A stretch of DNA of 64,000 bases from Podarcis bocagei (lineage: Eukaryota): assembly GCA_964188305.1 (NCBI GenBank), contig OZ076885.1. One strand, given 5' to 3'. The position numbers were made by a program, and so were the translations under genes. Under the pieces are notes generated by a model. The model worked only from the letters and a program-made list of their open reading frames with translations, was not told the origin of the DNA and did no database searches. This document shows, piece after piece, positions 54,750 through 64,000 of this stretch. Positions within the stretch are counted from its first letter, which is position 1. The number at the start of each line of letters is the position of its first letter.

Positions 54750-55173
54750 AATTTAGTAGTTGATCATTAATGTGCTACTCAGAAGCACATTCATGTTTGA
54801 TTCTCAGATGTTATGAACATTTGCTCAAGCAGCCACCCTTTTTCTTACACAAATATGTAGCAGAAAAACACACACTCAGTTGACTAATATAAGCTGTACA
54901 AATGTCTCCATGAAGCACAATAGGATTTCCAGAAATGTGCAAAAGACCACACTGGGGCGGGGGGGGGGGGCGGAAGAGGACAAGCATGATAAGACCATGT
55001 TCTAAAATGGGCTTATCTTTTCTTTTGTGGGGGAGTGGGGATGCTGCAGTACAATATCATGCAGAGCAAAACTCACAGTGGAATATGTATATTTTCTGTT
55101 GACAAACTCAAACAGAAGCAGGAGGTGGTTGGGTTTGCCACAGATGCAAAACATATTCCATACTATGTCATAC

Positions 55174-55680
55174 CTTTGGATTGGATAAATAGGTCTGCTC
55201 ACTGGTCTGAGAACTAATTGGACTAAAGCTCCTTCCCTTGTAGCTTTTCATTTCCCAGTCATTCATTGAGTCTGCTGGCCCATTAGGCTGATAGCTGTGG
55301 CTGCCCATCCTTTCTTCCAAGTGAGTAGGCACAGGATGGAGAGTTGGAGCAGGAGGGGATGGGGGAGAAGATGGGGGTGACAGGGAAGGAGGTGCAGCGT
55401 GCACCCAGGAAGGAGGAGGCAATGTAACCCATGATGCTGCAGGAGAGGGCATTGGAGGCGGTCCCCTAGGAGCTGGGACACTTGGTGGAGGAGGTGGGTA
55501 AGTGCCTGGGAATACAGGAGTTGCATGGGGCAACGGAGGCGGAGGTGCTGGGCGTTTTGGAGGCTTGCCAACATCATCTAAGCTGATATCGTCAAGGTCA
55601 GTGGTGTGGAGCTGCAAACCACCAGCAAACCTCCGCACAGATGTAGCAGAAGGAGAAACAGCGGGACGTACACCTGTTGT
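55174..55680 (-). CDS. USH1C: USH1C exon ~19 (b-specific PST domain, 507 nt)
   Basis: TTGVRPAVSPSATSVRRFAGGLQLHTTDLDD...proline-rich...NPK; tag/GTATGA. Confidence 0.94.
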
Positions 55681-56462
55681 CTAATAACAAAAAAATCTGT
55701 TTTAACGTAGCACTTGCTTAAAACTACCTGAATACATCCTCACTAAGAGCAAGCAACGGAGCACAAGGCCGCCTGCTGCTATAAGAACATTTCATTTCCA
55801 CGCAGTGCCAATTGTCCGATTGGCCCACATATCAATACGTCACAATTCAGGTCAAAGGGAACCAGTATTTGTGACAGCAAATCCTACAGCTGAAAGAGAC
55901 ATTTCAAGAAGGTAAGAGCAATCCGTGGAAGCAAAATTAAAAGAAAAAACCTGGCTTCCCAACAGATATTTATATTGCAAGTGGTATAATTTAAGACTCC
56001 ACACTCACACGGTTGCATACATGTTTATAAATTAGAAGGGATAGAAGACATTGCAAAAACTTATACTGTTCATTTATTTGTGGTAAAATTGCGGGAAAGT
56101 ATCTCCAGCAGTGGTCAGAGATGATGGGAATTGTAGTCCCAAAACACCTGGAGGGCCGAGTTTGCCTATCCCTGTTTTAAAGGACTAAGTATCAGTAGAA
56201 GTTACTGCTGGGAAGCTAGGCTTTTGTTCCAATTCTGCTTCACTTGAGTGCCTTTACCTTCTTAAAATGTCTTTCCTTAGAGAAAGGGCATCTATTTCTT
56301 TGAATGAATTTGAAACTCTCCCCACCATGTAAACTGAACGAGTGAGACTACTAGAGACAATACTGCTAACTGCATCTGTAAAATAGTTTGTTGATCAAAA
56401 AAAGAAAACAAAGACAGGCATTTTGGATATCTCAATAGGTGAGGATCAGAGCATGATTTTAC

Positions 56463-56579
56463 CTCAGGAGAATCATTCTCCACAGAGGAGATTTGTTCTA
56501 AACGTGTTTGACAAAGCCTTTCCACCCAGTGCTGAGTTTTTTCTGATTCCGTTAAATCTTCTCGTTCAGTCTCAGATAC
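56463..56579 (-). CDS. USH1C: USH1C exon ~18 (b-specific, 117 nt)
   Basis: VSETEREDLTESEKTQHWVERLCQTRLEQISSVENDSPE. Confidence 0.96.
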
Positions 56580-57068
56580 CTGAGTCATATCACAGTTGCA
56601 GAAGAAAGTGTAAAGCTATTGTTACAGATATATAATTCATATTCAATTGCGCAAAATGAATTTCCCTGTTAAAAATGTTGTGCACAGATAAAAACATTAT
56701 TGTAATTCATCTCCTTTTCCAATCTCTATAGTCTCTGTGCAAAAGGCATCATGTATTAAAAGTTACAGGCATGCAGTCCTAGAAAGCATAAACACATGAC
56801 CAGTTGTGTCTGTTCACTACATCTGGAGGGCAGAGTTTGCCTATGCCTGGCATAGTGCCATTAGCCAATCAAAGAGGACCAAAGCTAAGCTTTTAAATTA
56901 TGATAATCACTTTTTGCTGTCTAGCTTGAGTTCTTGAACTACACTGTTGATGTGATTTTTAAAATTTTCATATATCTGAAGTTATTTGCCTATGTAAATA
57001 CTCAAATACCACCCATATTTCCTCCCCCCCAGGAATAAATGGCATCAGAACATGTTAAAAGAACATAC

Positions 57069-57221
57069 CTCTTGTACAAGCCGGTTGATTTTCAGCTGCT
57101 TTTCTCTTTCTAGCTTCTCTTCCTTTTCCTTGAGAAGCTTTAGCTCAAACTCCAGCTGCATTTTGCTCTTTTTCTGCTCACTGAGACTGTCACTTTTGGA
57201 TTTCTTTCTTTCTTTGCCTTT
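57069..57221 (-). CDS. USH1C: USH1C exon ~17 (b-specific, CC2, 153 nt)
   Basis: KGKERKKSKSDSLSEQKKSKMQLEFELKLLKEKEEKLEREKQLKINRLVQE. Confidence 0.95.
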
Positions 57222-59166
57222 CTATGTGGTTTTTATTATATTTACATACATTTAGAAAACATATACATTGCAGGGGTTGAAAATGTACTACTTCAATAAT
57301 CTGAAATTATATATACAAAAGCAGGTGTCCTAGAAAAATGGACTCTATGAATATACACATGCAACCATTCACAGTGATTGCTGAGGCTGGGCATGAAGAA
57401 ACAGCAGCCGCATAATGAATTTAATTTTAACTAAACCTCGTTGGAAGGGCGAGATATTGAAAAGCTGGAGGCAAAATGTCAACGCTTTCACAATGTGTGC
57501 AGATGCCTTTGATACAGATTAACTGAAGACTACATCCCTTTTAAAATATTACATAAACTGTGGTCTCTCTACAAATGAAGCAAGTACGTGCTTAGATTAT
57601 GGCTTTTACATAATAGGAGGCTGCATATGAAGTAGCAGTAATTATTCTACTGTGCAAGAAAATATTTCAGTACTTCACACTCAAAACATTGTGCAACATA
57701 TTGCCAAAACAACACAGCAAACAACTGCAAAGGGTGGAAATGCAGAAAACTGTGGAGAACCAAACTGTTTCTTTGGAATTGTACAAGCAAAAACTGCCTT
57801 TCAGCTATTGGATTAATGTTAATAATCCAGGGCTTTGTGTTTCCTAAAGAAAAGCCACAAAAATCAGGTATTGTATCTTTAGCAATTGTAAACAAACGAT
57901 TCAGCTTCAGTCACTTGAAGCTGGTTGACAGTGGATCTGAATCTTACTTCAACATTGGGATAGTGTCTCTGCTGAAGATGAGGGCAGCCTGCTAGTTTAG
58001 GAGGTGCAAGGCAGGTCAGGTCACATCACACACTTATCTGGAAGTCAGGTCTATTGAACTCAATAGGACTTACTTCTGAGTAGGCATGCACAGGACTGCA
58101 GTACTAACAGCACAGACATCTAAACATAATTTGCACTGGTGCTCTGGTTATATTAAATATGAATTTTATTTCTGATATGAACTTAAAGAAAAGCTGCCAA
58201 ATCTAGCCAGTTCATTCAAGCAGGCTTTTGAAACAAACATTGCAGATCACACTGGGATGGGACTGTGTTTGGCTGCTACTGCTAAGTAGCAACCAAGGGG
58301 AAATGAAGCCCATACCCATATTGGCGGGGCAGTGTCAGGTGGCAGCAGAGACAACAACAGACATGGACCAATGGCATCAGTAGGGCCGGCACAGAGCACT
58401 ACTGGGCAGTCAGCACAAGACTAACTCTGAGTTTCCTTCATCAGCTTGCAATGCCCATGAGTAGGGGCATGAGGTACCCCTCAACCTCATCCTTTTTCAG
58501 CAATGGTAGGTAAGTAGTACCTGACTGCACTAACTGGCTATACCTGTAATTGATCATTTATAGTTAAGGATGATGTTCTTAAACATAATTTGTGATTTAG
58601 AAATGGGCCGACAAAGAATTTACCTGCTGTCAGAAAAGTATTTTGCAAAGTGGAGTTGCTTAAGTTAAAAACATCCATATATCCACAATTGTCTTGATGA
58701 CTGCTCCATCAAGGCTTTAAATCACTTCTTCCAGAGTCCAACATACATCAGTCCAATTCTGGAATATGCTGCTGAGCTTTCCAAGCTTATGCATATAGAT
58801 TGCAATTCTGTGCATAGTTACTGATGCATGTCCCATGGGAGAAAATAAAACTTACAGACTCGTAATATAGGGTAGGGTGAGATTACATCTTTTACCATGT
58901 GTTCTTAAAGCTATTACTCCAGCATACTCCATGTTTAAATAGCATGGAGTGGAACTGCAGGTATCGGGAGTGGCACAAATCCTGAACTCATGCAAGGCAT
59001 CTTTCTTTGCATCTAAGTCACTGCGACGTAAGCAAACTTGCCCTGAATTTCATGCTCATCAATAAATTTACATGAGTATACAATTTATTGGGGAAAATAC
59101 AGAATGGCTTAGAATGTACTTTCCACAGCAAACCTTCTCAACATTCACACTCAACATTCTTTGTAC

Positions 59167-59216
59167 CTTGCGAATTGTGGGAAATTTTCCTTCATACCGA
59201 TAAAACCACCCAAAAG
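59167..59216 (-). CDS. USH1C: USH1C exon ~16 (b-specific, 50 nt)
   Basis: (T)FGWFYRYEGKFPTIRK. Confidence 0.95.
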
Positions 59217-60690
59217 CTATAAATAGGTAAAGGAGAAATATATAACAGAGAGCAATATATTACAGATATACAGTACAAAAAGGTAGAGGTATGCAGCTGT
59301 TTAAAAGGGGGGGGGGGAGGCACTCCAATGGGATCACACATTGTAGAGAATGCAGTATCTTAGCCACACTTTTATTTTAACTTTGAACTAGCTATTGATC
59401 ACAAATAATAGCACTCCATCATTTTTCACCGTTCTACTTATTTATACAATCATTTTGGCTCAAGTGCCTCAATCTAGTGAACACAATTCAAGGGTTCAGA
59501 AGTGCACATGACTACCCACTTTCAAAATTTCACTGCTCATCTCAATAGAGAACACAATTGTTTAGAGCTGTGTGAACAAGGAAACACAAACACACAGGAG
59601 CTTTGTGCCCATTGAGAGTTCTATTAAACATTATTCACACTCAGAGTAGGCACATTAAAATTAATGGCTATAGCTAATTTGGGCCCATTAATTTCAATTG
59701 GTGTACTCTGAGTAGAATTTAGTTCAATATAAACCAAAGCCCTGAACCCAAGTATAAATAAAAGCCCACAATGATTTGATGGTTGTTTCACGACATGCAA
59801 CTTTCTGTAAATAGGAATAATTAAGCTACATTTTTTCAATAAAAATAGTGTGCAATAATAATGCAAAGTGTGCAAATTGAAATAGTTATATGCCTACTGA
59901 AACAACACAATTCTGTTCATATAGTCACTATATATATTGCAGATTTCTCTAGCAATTAACTGCAATTTATGTAATGAATTTTAGCAGCTAGCCAGTTTTA
60001 CTTTCACTGGTTCTAGATCAGCTCAACACCAGCTACACTAATTTTTGTTGTGTTTAAATATTGTACGCACACACACACGATCACAGTGGCATCTGTTCCC
60101 CTTTCTTTTAGACATCCAGATAACCAACAGCCAAGGATGTTAGTTAAGAATGCAATTTCCCTTTTATTTTTCTTCTTTGCCCAGAAAAGCTTATAACATT
60201 CAAAAGCTATTAGACAAATTTACTGAATCAGAATTAATTTAACAAACTATTTCATTTTTATGAATTCTGTTTTGCTGATTCTATAGGCTTTACATCCTGA
60301 TGTACTGTGGTCAATGAACATTTAGTGAAAATGTAACAGGCTAGTTTCTTAACTTACTCCTGGTTTCTCACAGCATGAGTTGAGCCACCCCCAGAACACT
60401 GTTGTAGTTTCCTGTGTTAGAAAACAGGACCCATAAAAAATCCGTTGCTGGGCGAATCCAGTATTATTTCCTGTCTTGTTCAAAGATCATGCACGACATT
60501 CCTTACTTGCTCCATATTTATATATACGTGTCTAGCATAGCAAGTTAATATAAGTAGTGTCCCTAAGAAGATAATTGTGGGATAAGGAAGATAAGTGTAG
60601 GCCAGTCCATCATTAAGACTGACTGTCAGGAGGAAGAGGAGTGCAGGAAGCATCAAAGTCAAGATAGGAAGCCAAGGTGTTACAGCAAAC

Positions 60691-60764
60691 CTGTTGACTC
60701 TCTTTCGACTTCATTCCAGCCATATCACCTGCTGCAGAATGGTCAAGTGCAGTTTCATCTACAT
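60691..60764 (-). CDS. USH1C: USH1C exon ~15, isoform-a-type linker exon (74 nt; 77 nt with the upstream TAG)
   Basis: Polypyrimidine tract, tagTAG acceptor, VDETALDHSAAGDMAGMKSKESQQ, donor GTTTGC; phase 1-0 fits joining exon 14 to exon 22; weak sequence similarity. Confidence 0.75.
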
Positions 60765-61443
60765 CTACTAGAGAAACAGAGGAAGAAAGAAACAGAGGGG
60801 AAAAAGAAATGATAATACTTTGGGTGTTCCACACCGCCAATGAATTGGAAAGAATTGACACAAAGGGAGAGTCCCTGAAGAAGTTAAGCATGTTTTCTTC
60901 TGATTTAATTTTTGAGGAAGCTGAAGAAGCTTTCAATAGCTAAAGAAGAGAAGGGACTTACTGACAACTGACATCTCTGTATCATCCCATCTTATGTTTT
61001 AATTCATCAAGGCAGTGGAGGATTAAATTCAGTGCAAGTCACTTCCTTGTTCTCTCCATCCCTAGCCTTAGAGATACTACGCTAGTATTGGAAACTGTAA
61101 TCAGTATAATGAAATTGTGAGAGAAGAGTGGTCTCTTTACAAGTGCTATTTTGGAACACATATACCTAAATAGAGCTGAACAGAGACAGCTACACTGGTG
61201 TAATATGGAAGGAGAGCTGTGGCGGATTCATATAATGGAGCAAGCTGATTGATTCACTGGCTATATATTTGACAATCAGATGAACTCTATGGTTCAAGCA
61301 AGAACACTTATTTTTAAACACATATTCTATTCAAAAGGGACTGGGCATTATAGTGCTGTTTTGCAAACGAACCCCCTATTTCTGGACTCTGAAGGATTGG
61401 GCAGAAAGGATTCTGCAATGCTATTCTAGAATGAATTGAAATG

Positions 61444-61494
61444 CCATCCATCCATCCATCCATCCATCCATCCATCCATCCATCCATCCATCCA
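61444..61494. repeat. (CCAT)n microsatellite
   Basis: Seen directly. Confidence 0.95.
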
Positions 61495-61573
61495 TTACAG
61501 CCAGAAGCCACAACACAGCAGTGAAAATGATTCTATAATGATTCTGACTGTCCAAACAGTCAGGCAACCAGAA

Positions 61574-61822
61574 CAGTCATACCTTGGAAGTAAAACAGAA
61601 TCCGTTCCAGAAGTCCGTTCGACTTCCGAAACGTTCAGAAACCAAAGTGCGGCTTCTGATTGGTTGCAGGAGCTTCCTGCAGCCAACGGAAGCCGCGGAA
61701 GCCCTGTTAGACGTTCGGCTTCCAAAAATAGCTCGCAAACTTGAACAGTCACTTCTGGGTTTGCGGCGTTCGGGAGCCAAAACGTTCGAGAACTAAGCTG
61801 TTCAAAAACCAAGGTACAACTG
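61574..61822. mobile_element. Tc1/mariner (Tigger-like) MITE
   Basis: Same family as 11362 and 16534; partial relatives at ~20038-20170 and ~24275-24480. Confidence 0.82.
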
Positions 61823-62114
61823 TACTGATCTCTTGGAACTAGTCCTTGTTTTGGTGTGTTGTGTGGAACTGAATTCTACTTTTTCTTCCTCAGTTCATTT
61901 TTATCTTCCTTCTTATTAAAAGCTCCCCTGAAACTGTAACACTTAATCAAGTTAATAGAAAGAGGAAAAGAATCAATGACTACACCAGGCACTCATTTCC
62001 ACAGCCCAAAGGCATTAGCTTCTCACCAAGCAGATGTTTTGTGAGAAATACAGAGTAGTAAGTTGTAGTTAATGATCTTCTAACATTGTCTTGGATGAAT
62101 ATTTTTTTACTTAC

Positions 62115-62239
62115 TTCGATGTTTATGATGAGGAGGCCTATGTACTTCTGCAACTACAGTTTTGGAAGGCTTTGATTGCTCTTTATGACCCCAGTCTTCT
62201 TCCCATTGCTTTTTAAATTTCTCCTCTTCTGCCTTTATC
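62115..62239 (-). CDS. USH1C: USH1C exon ~14 (125 nt)
   Basis: [41 protein letters not shown]; cag/GTAAGT. Confidence 0.95.
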
Positions 62240-64000
62240 CTGAAAAGGAGTATAAAGTATTCAGTTGGATTTCTTTTTTTAAATGGCCCAGTTCACATGT
62301 ACGACTAAGCATAGCTGAGCAAGAGTGTGGCATACATGGCAAAAAACATGGCCACTTCCCTTCTTCACTTAGTCCTACTACACTACCTGAAGCAAAACCA
62401 TAGTTTTGTTTATCATTATGTGTGAACCCAGCTTAGTGTTTCATCTCCTCTAAACAAACCTCCAGTGGTAAGCAAAAAAACACTTTCAGTTCATGGTTTG
62501 TTTGAAGCAAGACAAACCATGAGCCTAGGTTTCCATGCAATAGTAGCCCAAACCATGGCTTAGTTACAAGCAGTGCACAGTAGGACCACAGGAGGAGTGA
62601 AGCAACCATGATTTTTGCTCTGGGTACCAGCATGCTTTCTTGCTGACACTAAGCCATAGTTTGGCTTAGTTTTACATGGGAACACTTGAGTTTGCTTATT
62701 TTATCTTTCATCACTTACGCTTTAAAAATATCCAGACCTTTCAACTGCATATTAAAATGAAGTGTGAGTCAGCCAAAGTTAAGTACTCTGAAATCCTATT
62801 TATTTCAGCTGAAGAAATGAGTTTTTTCCATTGAAATAAATGTAGCTAAAAAATTTATAACTTTGGCTAGATCTAGTGTTGCTACTGAACAAAAAATAAT
62901 CACCCTAGTCTTTTACTTTTGGGCCAGCTTCTGGAACCCAGTTACCTCATATTTTTACGTTGTATACCAGATATGAGAGACCCGTAATCCTGTATATGTT
63001 GTTGGGCTTTAATTCCCAACAGTATCTGCCAGCATGGCCAAAGGTAAGGGATGAAATTAAATGTAATTCACAAAACATCTGGAGGATCACTGATTCCCCA
63101 TTCCTGCTGTACATTTTAGGATCTCCTGGACCAACTCCAGTGACATGAGTCCAAACCCTGGAACCACTTAAAAACAAAGCCCCAACTGCTGCACAAGTGT
63201 TACATGCACACATAAAAACCAGTTTTCAGATCTCTTAAAATGCAAAAGCAACAGGAGGAGAAGAATGACACGGTGCAAACTAATACACGCTTAACACTAC
63301 AAAATGGTATCGGTAAGGCAATAGTTACATAACTTTAGCAAGCCTGACCATGAGTTTCATCATGATTTTGAGATGGTTAATATCTCAACCTGCTCATAAT
63401 TTATGGGTAAAATGCACAAGAAAGAGCCATAGAGCCTCATGCTCTATGTTTTTGTTTGTTTGTTTACTTTAGGAACTGGAGTTAGAACAGGATCCAAATA
63501 TTTCCAATAATCTGGTTTATACTTAAGTATCTCAGCTTAGAATAAGCAATGTGAGTGAACTGCACCAGCGCATTTGCTTCCAGCAAAGCTTCCAGTTAAT
63601 CTTTTGGCACCACCCCTAGTTCCCATGCCCTACTGTAACTTAGTCTGTAAGATCCAAGTCACATGCAGCTGAGACAGCTGCATATTCCTTCCCAGTTTAC
63701 CCCACCTCTACTATCTTCCACCTCCTCTGTTGTTTTCCTCTGTGCTAAATTTCAGACTGTAAACACCATGTGGCAGGTTAATTACCATGGAGCCCTGCCC
63801 TCTATATAATCTGATATGTAAACAAGCAAACAATAAAGCTGGCAGGTAAGCTAAACATGGATTAAATCCATGATCCAGTGATCTGAATGGAATTGGCTTG
63901 TCAGGTGGCACTAAGCCTCTACATTATCTTCCCAACAGGGAGTCAATGTTGCATACTGGGAGGGGGAGAAGAGAGGCAACAGGAAGACCCCAGCAATCCT

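Larger units (their letters stand above)
42287..62239 (-). other. USH1C: USH1C (harmonin) gene span, exons ~14-28; 5' part lies beyond the window end
   Basis: In-frame exons encoding the CC1 tail, CC2, PST, PDZ3 and the C-terminal TFF motif of harmonin. Confidence 0.97.

Noticed and set aside
63695-63760. Purine-rich minus-strand segment as USH1C exon 13
   Set aside because: Stops in all three frames between the candidate AG and GT and no match to the expected peptide; exon 13 probably lies beyond the window

Overview
Vertebrate genomic DNA, most likely a squamate (probably a lacertid lizard, judged from Sauria SINEs and Bov-B LINEs). Two minus-strand genes lie in tandem, in the same order as human 11p15.1. 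The first is the 3' part of USH1C/harmonin: exons ~14-28 at 62239-42287, including the isoform-a exon, the b-specific CC2/PST exons, PDZ3 and two alternative C-termini. The second is the 5' half of ABCC8/SUR1: exons 1-21 at 34332-483, from TMD0 through NBD1, running off the window start, with a CpG-island promoter at ~33.8-34.9 kb. All exons were delimited by hand from GT-AG sites and frame continuity; exon numbers follow the human genes from memory. Introns carry hAT, Tc1/mariner and Harbinger-like MITEs, tRNA-derived SINEs, L1/L2/CR1/Bov-B fragments, a probable Ngaro/DIRS SGNH-hydrolase relic and microsatellites. I see no wholly new gene system. The most notable observations are: an inverted Bov-B pair filling one USH1C intron (a long dsRNA stem next to the branch point), a Sauria SINE with a twin-priming-type 5' inversion, a stop codon inside the USH1C exon-27 homologue, tandem splice sites, RBFOX motifs beside the b-specific exons, and an overlapping uORF at the ABCC8 start.
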